A stretch of 64,000 bases of DNA from Mytilus californianus (lineage: Eukaryota), in the NCBI RefSeq assembly GCF_021869535.1, contig NW_026262723.1, positions 74,276,001 through 74,340,000 of the forward strand, in the 5' to 3' direction. The position numbers were made by a program, and so were the translations under genes. Position 1 is the stretch's first letter. The number at the start of each line of letters is the position of its first letter. Positions 26,111-41,100 of this stretch are shown here, one piece after another. Under the pieces are notes generated by a model. The model searched no databases and was not told the origin of the DNA. It saw only the letters and a list, made by a program, of their open reading frames with translations.

Positions 26111-29100
26111 GTATGTATGTATAAGTCTTTAAAATCTGTTGCAGTATTTCAGAGAATGAAAAAGGTGTTTATATCAATAATTAGCATATTTCTGTATAGA
26201 ATATCGAAGTTTATAAGAAAATACTTCAAAGTATAAACATACCTACATAAAAATAATTTGTTCGTTTCAAAGAGTTTGAAAATTATATATTAAAAAAGAA
26301 ACTATTAAAAAAGATGTCACCAATACTAGCATACTCATAATTCAATGTACCGGAAAACAGGAGGTAAATATTTTAGAGATCTACAAAGCGCATACATTAC
26401 AACTCTATCACTGCATCGAATGGCTGAATACAAAGTAATTCCGTTCAGGAGAACTTGAGAAAAGTCTCACGAAATGTTTAGGTTTCATTCAACATATTGA
26501 AAAATGCAGGAAGGTATCTTACAGGTAAATAAAGTACTCGCATGTTACTACACATCACTGTCAAGCTGTACGCACATGTTTCAACTCACCATGGTCAAAC
26601 TGTACTCGCATGTTACAACTTATCACTGTCAAGCTGTACTCATATGTTACAACTCATCACTGTCAAGCTGGTGACTAAATATGAAGTTATATAGTATTAC
26701 CTGAGAAAGTGTGATGTAAATATTCGTTAGATGAACGGACGGACAAATGAATACAATATAGCCCCCTCCCTACTCGTAGACTCTTAGAGATGAAGTAATT
26801 CATTTTTGTAAATGAAATACAGGTAGTCGAGGTAATCTTGTTATATTAGAAGGTGATAAATTGGTTGTTTTAATTTATCAAAGCATTATGCAGATGAACT
26901 TCTGATCGCTTTCGATAACATTGCTTTCTTTTGACAATCATTCCATTTGAAGTATGCTATCGTTTCAGATTTTGGAAGAACATTTTTACATAGTTAGAGA
27001 ATTATCCGCTTATATACGTGAGAGAAACTAGTTTGTCCAAACATATAAAAACCTACCGATTTGAACACAATTGTATTTTGAAATACTGTATGCAAATAAA
27101 CTCATCATAGATAAGTGACAAGTAAAGATAAGTGATTAACATTATACTATTCCTCTATCTTGAATTGGTATTTTTTGTTTTTCTTGTATGATTAGCTACA
27201 AAACTGATTCAATCAATTGTTTACAGTTGTGAATGGATTGACACTTGATAACGGTCATAATGTCACAGTAGAAGCTGGGAATACCAGCACTTTATCCTTT
27301 TCCTATACCAGTACAGGTAGCAATATGACCATTGATATGCTCATACATGCTGACCAAGATGTTGTAATTCCTGGTATTGTATCAGAGAATGATCAAACGG
27401 GACAGGTTGCAATATTACCAGAAGATTTGTCAAACCTAACATTTGGACATTATGCAATTACCGTAATACTCCAAGGAGAACCGGATATAATTGAAACTGA
27501 AGATGCGGTCATGTTTTATGAAGAGGTCATAACTGGTTTGCAGGTGAGTTATTTATTAGCAATTATTATCTATTATTTGAAAGTGTGACAATATTCACGC
27601 GACACTATCTCATACTATTAGTCAAGCATTTCAGTTGAAGCAAGATGTTCATTTTTTTTTTAATTACTTTTGTGAATAATCGTTGCAAAGGACTCGACAG
27701 ATATTGGCGAGATATTAATGTTCATTGCTTTGCCAAAGAATTTTGAAAATACATTCATTTACTTAGCTTATTGTTAAAATACACAAATGAAAGACTTATT
27801 TCAAGCCAAAATATTCCCAAAAAAAACTTGCTGTGTATATTTCTTAAACAAGTATTTTTATATGTTTACTATTAACAAGCAATTTAAATTTTATGATCGG
27901 TCGGTCGTGATGAATATGACCATGCTAACCTCTTCTTATTTGACCCAATAACTCGTTTATGAAGGCGTTTATAAACAGTGTACGTCATATACTTTGTCAA
28001 ATTCTAATCCAGCATAGTACTTTGGTACTGATTTTGTTTCATTGAAATGTGGCGTTATTAAACTTAGGAAATAATTTCAAATTACGGAATGTATCCCCGT
28101 CGTGAATATAAGCCTTGGTCCTATATGGTTTTAATTAGGTCTTCAACGTTTCAATTATGTGTATGATTTTCATATATTTTTGTCTTGGGCATCAATGAAG
28201 AGACATTAATTGTAGATTCTGACTTATTCATATGATTTATGTTAGTCCTGAATATTCAATTTTTTCGATAATAAAATTTTTGGTCACATTTTGTCTATTT
28301 ACATTTTTTGTCGGGGGTGGTGGGATTAGAGAGACGCAGCAAAAGTAGCTTTCCTTGACACACACGTTGACGTGTTAGTATACATTTGTTATTCTACCTT
28401 TTTTTATTTGATGTTTCTCATATAAAAACAAAAAGATGTCCATTAAAGAATTTGATTTGATTGTAGACCTATCGTAGTATTTGTGACATTTTAATTTACA
28501 TTAAAATTTAAGTAAAATTAACAACATATTGTTCCTCGTGTGAAATTGAAAAATCGTCTAAAAGAAATAACCCACATTGCTTTTCAACATAAAAATGGTA
28601 GCATACGCTATAAATGTATTCCTTTGCGATACCATACGGCATATTTTGTTAAAAGTGAACAAAAAGGTAAAACATGAGAACGAGGAACAAGTGATCAGTA
28701 TGTTGGAATTCCTTATTGACAACATATTTGTGGAATTTGGAGGTAGACTTTTTCAACAAATTGTCGGCATTCCAATACTAACTGTGCACCTCTCCTCGCC
28801 AACCTCTTCTTATTTTCATATGAGTCTGAGTCCCTTCAGACACTTGTCAAAACAAGAAGATCAAAGAAGCCAGATCATTTAGTATCACATTCAGATATAT
28901 TGATGTTGTTATTTCCATTAACAATCCAAACTATTTTCATTGGGTTCCATTGATATATCCTCCCGAACTAGAAATAAAAGAAGCAATTAACACGGCTTCC
29001 TCTGCCTCATGTTTAGACTTATACGTCGAATTTGACATAAGCAGTCATCTCAGTACCATAATCTATGACAAACATGACGATTCAAATTTCTAAATCATCA

Positions 29101-32100
29101 ATTTCCCCCACCTTAGCAGCAATATACCAACTTCACCTGCATATGGGATATACATTCCCAAACTCATTCGGTATTCAAGAGATTGAAGCTGCTACTCAGA
29201 CTTTATAAAATGTCACCAGGCAGTATCTGAGAAGAAAGTTGATGAACCAGGATTATGTCAAGGAACATCTCGTCCTTTTTCTAAAAAAAGTTTATCGGAA
29301 GATACCGTTGCCTTGTCGATAAATATTCCGTATCAACTTCACAAATAATACATGATGGTCTTGAAGTATAGATTCTAGGTACTGACGTTATTTATCATCG
29401 TAATTACATGTTATAGAGTTCTTTTTATTTGTCTTTGTATATTCTTAACCTGTACTGTTGAGTCAATTTTGATAATTGTCCTATATGCCATTTTGTTTTT
29501 CTTTGTTGACATAGTTGTTCGTTTTTATATTGATTGAGATTATAACACGATGTTGACTGCTGTACCCAAATTTTTGACATTTTTACCTATTATGTCTGGT
29601 TTTTGCTAACACATTGTTGTCAATATAATGGAATTCTATGCGACTGTCATGCAAGTGTGAGGTAAATTATCTAGCTATAAAACCAGGTTTAATCCACCAT
29701 TTTCTATATAAGGAAATGCCTTTACCAATCAGGAATATGACAGTTGTTTTCCATTCGTTTAATGTGTTTGAGCTTTTGATTTTGCCATTTGATAAGGGAC
29801 TTTTCGTTTGAATTTTCCTTGGAGTTCGGTAATTGTTTTTTTTACATTCACACCCAGTGACGATGTAAAGCTTAACTTATGATTAATGATTATCGTATCT
29901 TTATTTTGTTCTGGTATTTTTATGATTTTATTTTCAATTTTTACTAGATGACTGTCTCTTTGACGTTTACATTACATTTCTTTTATTCATAATTGCAAAC
30001 AAATTTATGACAGACGACCTTAGCCACTAACACTCGAATCCAGTAACGAAAAAAAATATCAAGACGTATAATTAAAGGAAAACAATTAATAACACGCGTT
30101 TTGATAGCGTGACTTGATAAATGTACACAATGTGTAGTGGGTTTAACCAGTCTTATGTACGCACAAATCTCACCCTTACTAAATTATAGCCTAACGAAAT
30201 CTTATGCCATAAAAACACAAAATAAAAAAACTACACATTGCAGCTTCTAACAGGATGACCTATTACTTGAACAAGGATATATAAATGGCACATGATGTTG
30301 AAAGCAGGGTCAAAAAGTGTTCGCTACTACAGGAATCTATCTAAGCTAGCTAGTCGAGTGAATGTACTATGTAATGAGTGGTAAAGAATAGGCCACTCTT
30401 TTCAAGCTTCATGATGTATGATAAGATGGAGAAAGTGAGATCAAATATATATAATGACACAGTTGTTGATTGAATCATAAACATCAAAAACTAATCAGAC
30501 GTTGATTTGTTTTCCCAGAATGAAACTACAGTGGTAAATACATCTCATATTTGTCAAAAATCTTTATCTCTCAATGAAATAGCGTAAACATGATAGCGTT
30601 AAGTAGTTTTTTGTGTCAAAAATTATATGATAGGTTATGTATTTGTGTTATTCAAAATATATGAAAAAGGTAGGGTATTCAATCTCTCAGCTGCTAACCC
30701 CTATCACAAAAAGGTAGTTTTCTTTAATAACGGGTTCAAATTCGAGAGTACTTAGTCTAGTACTGTTGCTTTTTCGAAAGCTATTATTGTTTAATCTTCT
30801 CATGATGTTTATTTTTGACTTGATAACACTTATAATATTATTGTTTTGCACGATCATTGCACATTTCACGGCGTCGGGTAAGGAACCTTTGAGTGAGAAA
30901 AAAAATCTTTTCAGATGAACATTTGAGAGAATTTTTTTTCTTATTTTTCTTGCAATGTTGATAGAAATTTGTTATAAAAAGTCGTTTTCACTAGAGACTT
31001 ATATTGTTTTCATATGTCTATAGAATATAAGAGCAAATATTCTGTCATCAAAAGCTTTGGATCAAGAATATTAAAATATCATTATGTAATAAATGAAATA
31101 AATATATATAAATATATTATCTAATGCGAAACTGAAAAGTCATAAAATATTTGTTGGTTAAACATGTTTAAGGACCCCAGACCTTTTCCCTAGCTCGGGA
31201 TAGTGGTGTAACAGCACAATTTAGAAGCATGCTATAAAAATCCGTTGAAAAAGGTTAACTCATCATCACCACAAAGAACACAAAAAGAACCCAAACAAGT
31301 AACAATACACATAGTATCAATCTTAGAGTACTCACAGGTACTGAAAGCTAGTCTTAAACCTATAACAACTAATAAAATAATCCCGTACCCAAGACAAAAT
31401 ATTAATCAGTTCACACGACATTATTTTCAGTAGTTCATGACATCAAACGAAATGAATTAGCAACAATAATCGTTTTTGACATTTTTCTTCTGAGTAATCG
31501 AGTCTGCTTTTTTTATATATGATAACACAATACTAGGAAAAGTGAGTAAACAAGTATTTGCTAATTGAAATAATGTTAAAATGTCATGTGAATTAAGTAC
31601 AATAACGTAAGTTGAAACATTTAAATAAATTAATAGATTATATGTCCGTTGAAAAAGATACAACCGTAAATATAATAATGTAATTTGATAATTTATATCT
31701 GAAAACATTGTTTTAGTCTGTAATGCATACCTCATACAATTAATGATAAATTGAAAAGTTTCTTAATTGCGTAAAATTAATTTCAATTTTACTATATCCA
31801 GTTTGAAAAGTCATATAGAGTAATCTTTCAAGATGATTAATTGTTTTCAATACTGATACTGAAGTTTTGGATCTAGTTAGTTGATTTTCGGTCAACGCAT
31901 ACCTGGTTGGAAAAAGATTAGTCACTGTGATGAATGAAAACGAAAGTACTGTCCTGCATGACCAAATAACATTAAAGTCTTGATAAATTTAAACTGAATT
32001 TTCCATGTTCTTCCCAAATTTGAAGGACCTTAGATCTAAGCTTTGTTAAGTATACATTAAATGAAATTTCATCGCAGCAACTCGAATATTTCTTAATTGG

Positions 32101-35100
32101 CCACTAGTTTTGTGCGACGTGTCTGAACAGGCCGGATCAAATCCAGCCTTAACAGGTATGACTTTTTTTCGACTCTCTTCATTATACTTCAACAATCTTA
32201 TCAAATAGACATGTTCTTATTTAATCAAATGTGTTTTTGAAAATCACAGTGCAAACTTGTTTTCTGGAATACACAAAGCCGTCTTCTACTTACTGGCACT
32301 GTGATGAAATTATTAAAGCTGTAATTTTTTCTTCTGATAATTGTCCTACGGTCTTGTTTTGTATTCCTGTTTTTCATTTTTCCTTATGTGCTATATACCA
32401 TTTTATTTTTCGTTGTTGACATAGTTGTTCGTTTTTATATTGATTGAGATTATAACACGATGTTGACTGTTGTACCCCAATTTTTGACATTTTTACCTAT
32501 TATGTCTGTTTTATGCGAACTCATTGTTGTAAAAATAATGGAATTATATGCGACTGTCATACAAGTGAGAGGTAAATTATCTAGCTATAAAACCAGGTTT
32601 AATCCATAATTTTCTATATAATGAAATGCCTATACCAAATCAGGAATATGACAGTTGTTTTCCATTCGTTTGCTGTGTTTGAGCTTTTGATTTTGCCATT
32701 TGATAAGGGACTTTCCGTTTTGAATTTTCCTTGGAGTTCGGTATTTTAGTTATTTTACATTTATACCCAGTGACGATGTAAAGCTTTACTTATGATTAAT
32801 GATGGTCGTATCTTTATATTCTGTTCTGGTATATTTCGATTTTTTTCAAATTTTACTGGATGACTGTCTCTTTGACGTTTACATTACGTTTCTTTTATTC
32901 ATAATTGCAAAAAAGACTAATTTATGATAGACGACCTTAACCACCAACACTCGAATCCAGTGACGAAAAAAGACGTATAATTATAGGTAAACAATTAACA
33001 ACCCACGTTTTGATAGCCTGACTTGATAAAGGTACACACTGTGTAGTGGGTTTAACCAGTCTTATGTGCGCCTGAATTTCACCCTTACTATAGTCTAACG
33101 AAACCGTATGCCATAAAAAACAGAATAAAACAACTACACATTGCAGCTACTAACAGGATGTCCACTAACTTGAACAAGAATATATAAACAGCACATGATG
33201 TGGAAAGCAGGGTAAAAAAAGTGTTTGCTACTTCAGAAAGCTATCTGACGACATTTAAGTACGTTTTGGCAACAGTCTATCGATAGGTTGTAGGTATTTA
33301 TTATGGGCATCAATTGCGCCTTTTTGATAGTCCATTTCATTGATACACAAACCGTTATTTTGATGATATTTTTTCGTTAAAAATTCAGGAATTCTCAATA
33401 TATACTGCCAAAATCCACACAAAGGCACTTACTTCAATTAATTAAAATGTTAACAGCAATAACTGCCCTTTCCTAAATTAAGATATTTCAGTTTCACATG
33501 GAAAACTCTATTCACCAGCCCAATAGCCATTAATTCGGTACTGGCATGAAAATAACGTGTATTGTTAATTTTGGAAATTATTTTAAATTAATGAATACAT
33601 CTCCCTCATGTGGTATGGAATACAATGTTGCATTGTTGCATTGATCGAAACACTAATGTTTTAACTACCCCAGGCATAGATTGCCATACTAGTAGCCTTA
33701 TGTTGCACATAGTTTCGGCTTTCGGTTTTTAATGCTCTTCATCTTCGTTTTTGAATTGACCTTTCAACTGCTTTGGTTCGAACACCACTGCGGAGTCTTA
33801 TGAAGATAAAAATGCAGGAATGGCGTAACAAAAAGTTATAACAAAAATACCGAACTCCAAGGCAAGTTCGTAAAAATTGACAAAATCAATTTTCGCTATC
33901 AATCAACGAATCAAGTGAAAAACCAACTGCCATATTCCTGGCTTTGTAAATTGCGGGGGGGGGGGTAAAACTGGTTTTACAGTTAGCTAAACCTCACACT
34001 TGTTTGACAGTTGTTTTTTTGTTTTGTTATATTGGCAAAATTGGTTGAGGAACCCAAACAGATATAAAAGGTTAAAAGGGTAACAATTTGAAAGCCTGTC
34101 CATAAAAAAAAAAATAAAAACGAAAAATTACTGAAATTTTAAAAAGTGTGAATAATTGTTGGACACATACTTGTGATCAATACAACACCGTTACTTAACA
34201 TCATACGAGAAAGATGTAAACTATACGTACTTTTTTCTTTTAGATTGTAGTCTTTTTAATTTTATTTCTTTTGTCCATGTATAGTTTACGTGTCTTAACG
34301 TGCCAATTGCTTATGTTCTCCTAAATAACAGTGATGATAAGGTACTCGCTTAAAGAGCAGAAATCAATACAATTCAAATGGGGAGAGGTGGGGGGCGAAT
34401 GATACCAGATATTTCTGCGTTTTTTTGCGTATTAAGTTACAAATTCGAGATAGAATTGACCATTTTAGGAATGTTTACCATTATATAATAATTCAAACCA
34501 GTATGAGGTAGTCAAGTGGTTGTCATCAGTTGTAGTCTGTCATAATTGTTTTTCGTTTGATGTTATTAGGTTAAAACAGCTCGTTTGTTTTTGTTTTTCA
34601 GTTTTTGATATTTTGGTTTGACTGTTATAGCTTTCTACACAAAAGAGGTTTATCTCATACTAGTAGTTGAAGGCCTTTCTGTGACATGAGTTATTAACTC
34701 CGTTTTCCTTTGTTCTTTAGTGGATAGTCGTTTCATAATGCGACGTCTCCTTTAATATATATATGTACCAAATATGCTAGTAGGGCCAATGATAGATGAA
34801 AAGTATATTTTTCCAATGTTAGCAAGAATATACGTAGATACTATACTGTTCAAATGCTTCGAACGACACATTTTTTCTACTGTAAAGTCATTATAAATAA
34901 TATATTATTGCAAAATGCAATACTATTACACAATGTCATAATTATTTTGTATGATAGATTTGTATATCGCACTGTGCATTAATATTCTTTCAGTAGTTGA
35001 ATTATCTTTAACACAACTAAATTTGAAAATATTTTATTTCAAATGTTAATTGACTACATGTTTAAACCATATATTTAAAAACTTAGTATTTATTTGAGTT

Positions 35101-38100
35101 TTTGCATTGATTTTATTAATAGTGCTTGGAGACTCCCACTGGAATAAAGTTTATCTTTAAAAATGGTTTCATGTCATTACCGACATAATGGTAGCAATTT
35201 ATGACAGAAAATGTTGATTCAATAAAAAAAAAAAAAAACTATTAAACTGTCCAACCTTGTGTGAATAATGCGCCTCCTTCACTGATATTTCAATTATAGG
35301 GACGACTTAAAGATAACAGACATGGGGCCTGTTTATCGAAGTTGTCCAAGGATCTGCCCTTTGGCCTACCTCAGGAATAAATTAGGATATTATTAAGATT
35401 GACTTACAACATGTCTCAGCATGCATATCGAAGCTATGTTAGGACTATTTTAGCTAGGATGTCATAACCACTTTCCTAAGTGTAAGCGCAAAGGAAGATA
35501 GAATAATAAAAATTAAAAATATATAAAATGCTTCGAATCTCACCAGTAGTAATAATTATTAGATTAAAAATTAGAATTATCATAAATATTATATAAAAAT
35601 AATAAGTCATATTTATCTTATAATTGTACATTCAAACTTTATAAAAAAAACACACATAAAATGTAACTACGTTTTATATTAGAATTGAACAAATCATTTG
35701 ATTATAGTGACAAATAAATATAATCGGTATACATCATTAGATATTTGTGAGTGAGTTGAATTCGATGTATCACGATTTTTTTTACTTTACAGAGTTCAAA
35801 GGCAAATCTCGTTCATCTTTCATGTAAATACGGAGTACATGAATTATTTCATTACGGATAACAGGCACTTGGGGGAATTATCCCCCTTTTTCTGAAAGTG
35901 GAATAACAAATTTGCATAAATATCAGACGACGCTTGTCCTGTCGACCCGCCTTGTCTTGGTCAATTTGTAGTTCAAACTATTCCTCCAGTATTTGATTTT
36001 CCTGGATTTGCAACTTGTTACATGAAGAGCAAGATTTACTGACCCTTCAGGAGCACCTGCGATCACCCCCAGATTTTGGCGGGGCTCGTGTTGCCTAGTC
36101 TTTATTTTGTAAACTGTTGTTTGTCTTTTCGTCGCTTTTTTTTTGGTTTTGTTTTTATTTTTGCTATGGCGTTGTCTGTTTTGGTTTTGGCTAATGAGTT
36201 TGAACATCCCTTTGGTATCTTCCGCCTCACTTTTTCATAATGAATTTATGATATTGGAAAAACTGTAAACTACTGCTACTTCTAATAAGTAACTATGTTA
36301 TACAATTAATGCTTTAAAGCATTGTCATTAGAAACCTCAAAGTTTTACTATTCAGTGCTTAGTACCTTTCTTATCAAGCTATTAAACTTATTTCCACAGT
36401 TCTTATGTTTTGTTGTTTTACCGCTATCCCAGGATAAAGGAGAGCTAAGCACTTATAAACATTTTTTAAATCCTCCATATGCACATACCTGTCCTCAGCT
36501 TGGAGTCTGTAGTTAAAGTGGTTGTCGTTGGTTACCGTCTGTCATAATGTTATTCGCCTAAATCAGGCTGTTTGTTTTCACTTTTGAATTGTCTCTCACT
36601 TTGTTATCTCTGGGCCTGTTACAACTTACTATACGGTTTGTATTTGTAATGCCTAACTTTGGGTGACCAGTAGTTTACACCCTTAAATTAAACATATTTG
36701 TAAATACTGGAAATAACACTGTAAAATTTGGTGAACCGAAGCGCTTATTGAGTTAACATATTTGTTGTTAAATGCTTCAAATGACACTTTGTCATTTTTC
36801 TCATCCTGTAATGTCAGTGTAGATTATATGTTATTGCAAAGTACTATTGGTGATGAACAAATTGTTCGTTTTTTTTTTATTATTATTAACATATCTTTGA
36901 AAAACCTAAAATGAGTTTTAATCTAAACTCTGTGACTACATGTTGAAAGAAATTCAAGCCATAATCAAAAATCCTTTTTATTTAGTACGAGCTTATTTTT
37001 TGTTTTACTACTGAATGACTCCAACTTGGAGATGTGTCTCTGAAATGGATTCCAATATATAATACATTACCCAATTTATGCAAATAATGATTCAAAGCAT
37101 CGAAATTTGCACCTCAAAATATTTTCTCATCATATTTCATTTCTTATTTTCAATATACTCGACCATTCAGAATCGCTTTCCACATGTAATAACGAACACA
37201 CTCTGCGAATAAAAAAATAAGTTTTTGAGAGAAATTCTACATGTCATCTTGTGTAATGACTTCTGTATTTACTTTTATAGGTTATTCTGTATTAATTATT
37301 TGCATCATAAGCGTTAACCCTATAATTCTCTTTTATTCAAATTATTTGGGAAGTCTTAAACAGTTACCGCAGTTATACAAATATCTATGTCTCCATATCT
37401 TCTTTTTCTTATTGTGATGTGTGAACATTTGAGTTTAATTTCGGAAAAACTTCCAGCATGCGACAAATCGGAGAACAGCAAACGTTTTTTTTTTATTTTA
37501 TATCTGTTAATTTTATAGAATTTCATATTCGTTCAGCCTTTCTTTCCTGAACAAGAAAAAACAAACAATTATGTTCATTTATCTATTTTTGTTTAATTTC
37601 TCGATGAATATCTGTGATATTAAGAAATATATTCATTTATATACTTTTGAGCATTAGAATTACCAATAAGGTATGCTACGATCACTTGAATCAGACAATC
37701 TGTACTATAAATGTCAGCTGCTAGTTTCATACCAATTCTTTTTTTTTAAAAGGGAGTTTTAAACGCAGAATTGAAAAGAGATTCAAGTTGCATGCAGTGA
37801 AATACATTGAAATACTAATGCAATATGACAAAAGGAAGAAATAGGCCATTAAATATTCAACTCCGTACCAAAAAGATATTCAATATTCGACGTCCAACCA
37901 TAAACAAGTGTCTATACAATATTTTAAGCTGTAAATAGTCCCGACTCTTATACAGGTATTGTTAAAACATTTTAAATATGTACGTTCCTATTATTTCTTT
38001 TATGTTCTAGAATTCAAAGAAAAATCGATAAGATACATATACGATTATTGATGATGAATTTATCGAAACTATTCTAGTTACATGGAAAAAATTACACACT

Positions 38101-41100
38101 TCAAAGGATCAAATTAATTCTGACAATCCACTGCTGTCAAGTAAAGCAATTAGAATCTTGTTAAATATTAAAGTGGGTTTGTTACTTTCAATTGCAGTTG
38201 ATATATTCTATCATGGTAAAAATCAAGCTTGTTTAAGAATAGAAACTACTTGAATAGTGTTTATTAATATGTTATTAATAATCTGCTTTAAGTGGGCGTT
38301 ACCGTGAAAATTTTCACAAAATATAAATGAGTATATTAATTTCCTATTTTTTTCAATTTATTTTTACATGTATATTGAATTATTTGCTTATAAATTCAAT
38401 TATTGCATTACAGTCTAAGGTTTCACTTTAAAAAAAAAACAATCCCTGTAAAGTGTCCTACCGTAGAAATTTTAAAAAGAAATATTCCGTCAATTTTTAA
38501 AATCTTATCAAATTTATCATTTGCATAGCAATGTGACTGAAAACTTAAGCAAATGTCAAATATGAACATAAGCAAAGGATCAAACAATAATTTAACAAAT
38601 AATCTTATTCGTTCATAGAGTAAGCCTAAGATATCCCAGGAATATTTTGTCAAACCTTTCAAAAATTTGGATCCTCCTTTTGTACTTTATTTTGCCATTA
38701 AAACTGTTTTGATTCAAGTGTCACTGATGAGACTTTTGTAGACGAAACACGCGTCTGACGTACACAATTTTAAGCCTGGTACCTATGATGAGTTTATGTA
38801 CAAACATTTGACGTTATTCGGAATTTCAATGGGATAAAAAAAAAAGTACACTCTTTTAAAAGTTTAAAGTAAAAAAAAAACTTTAACAGTTTAAAAATGA
38901 TACCTTTGAAATAATATTAAAAGTTTAAAAATGATACCTTCGAAATAATGCTATCAAGTATAATCATTATTTTGAATTGCAGTCTTCAACAATTAATAGA
39001 ATCAAAAACGACTCTCTTCCTTTAAATTATTGTGAGGTACTTATTGATAACCTACCGACAACTGACAAGATAAAGAAACAACCGTTTTGTATATTGTTAT
39101 TTCACAGTATTTAATATGATTTCAGTACGTCAAACCTATTTCCCTTAATAAATCGGAGAGATTTATTTAATTTTCTATAAAAAATATGCTACGATACCTA
39201 TTTTTGTCGAACAATTGCCCTTAATCAAGTTCAATTCACCGTACTGGTACTGCTATGTGCTCGTTAATACGTATTTAGAATTCCAAACTTATTTCTTGTG
39301 CTTCGGCATATCCTGTGGAATAATGTAAACATAGGCTGTCTTGTGGATGATGATTGTATTACAAGATCAAATTAAATGTTGTTATTTGGGAATATAACAC
39401 AATAAGTAATTCAGATTCATAATATCGGCTATTGATTTTAGGAAGTGCAATTAACACTTAATAAATTAAAAGTGATTTGTTCAAATTGTTTTTCTCAAAT
39501 GTGATTTACATTTAGATACTACATGTATGTCCCAAGTAAGTAACAATTCTAGAGAGATTTTGTCTAGGGAAAAGTACAACAAAAATACCTACCTCCAAGG
39601 TAAATTAAAAAAGGGGGTAAAAACTGACAAAATCTAAATTAGGACCCATCAACCAGCAGAACGAACGGGAAAAAAACTGTCATATTCCTGACTTGTCTAT
39701 GTCATTGAGAGTTAAACCTACTAAACAATACCGAACAACAAGATAATTTATTTGCCGTCAGTTACAAAAAAGTATAATAACAAAAATACCGAACACTTAG
39801 GGAAATTTAAAACGGAAGTTTTTATCAAATAGCAAAATCAAAAGCTCAAACATATCAAAACGAATGGAAAACTACTGTCATATTCCTGACTTGGTACAAG
39901 CATTTCCTTATAAAGAAAATGGTGGATTAAACCTGGTTTTATAGCTAGCCAATTTACCTCTCTCTTGTATGACAGTCGCAAAGAATTTCATCATATTGAC
40001 AACAATGTGTGAGCAAAACAAACAGACACAAAGAACTTACAATGTAGGTTAATATATATGACATATGAATGTGGAATTTTAGTATTGTAATATATATTTG
40101 TTATGCTAGGTAATCAGATATTGTTAATAGAACAATTTAGAATGTATTGAATAGAAATATCTAGTTACAACGTATTAAAGTTAGTAAACTTCCTGAAAAT
40201 CCAGTTTACAGTGGTTCTGTAAAAAGACCGTCTATTAATTATTTATTCAATAAGCAAATGAATAAAATAATTATTCGATATTTTTTTTTTGACACAGTTA
40301 TTATTTCCAAAGTATAAGAATAATTACTTCGCAGTTTCGTAGTCCATTGAGGAACGAATAAACAATCAGAAATCTTAAGCACGAAAGATTGAATCTCTAA
40401 AGGGTGCAGAAGTTTCTCTTTTTCTATTTGAATAAAACCCCGAAATTATTCTAGTAGTTTCAATTTCTATCTTGAAGTTTAGTAAATGAATAGTAAATAC
40501 TATAACTTTGTCAATAAGTTTTGGTTTTGCAAGATGTACTTTCATTTGTAAATCAGTCTATCTATTAGGAGATACGTCCATGCATATTAGTGATGTATGT
40601 TATCATTGGCTTTAATTTCATATACCAACTTAACATGCGCACTTCGACAATAAATGTCTGTTTAGTGGTGCTCGATGCCAAAATATTTGAAAATCCAAAA
40701 CTTATTAACATATCGAAGAGCTGATAAAACCTGAAAGGACTGAAAGGACAGCCATATCCGGGAAAATAGTCACGAGTTATATATTCCTTTATTTGAAATA
40801 TATCCAAAATTTTGTAACATAATGTAAAAAAAAAACTGCAATCTTTCCAATATTTTTTGGTCATCGAATGAAGATTCAACATGGTTTTAACTTCGACAAG
40901 TAAACTGGATTTAACTACGTTCATTAGTGGAAATATCCAATGTTTTCACTTTTGTTCCTTTTTAATAGAAAAAAAATATTCAATAATAAAACTGTATTAA
41001 AAAGTAAGATAACAAAAATACCGAACTCCAAGGAAAATTCCAAACGGAAAGTCTTTTATCAAATGGCAAAATAAAAAGCTCAAACACATCAAACAAATGA

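Noticed and set aside
1-27226. Peptide cluster nested antisense inside a polycystin intron
   Set aside because: A phase-compatible signal-peptide exon at 26047-26110 places the polycystin start to the right of the cluster.
40620-40690. Additional hammerhead-like remnants (40620-40690 minus, about 33780-33830, about 28185-28215)
   Set aside because: The context is similar to PLE hammerheads but the CTGANGA and/or GAAA cores are mutated, so they are not called as ribozymes.
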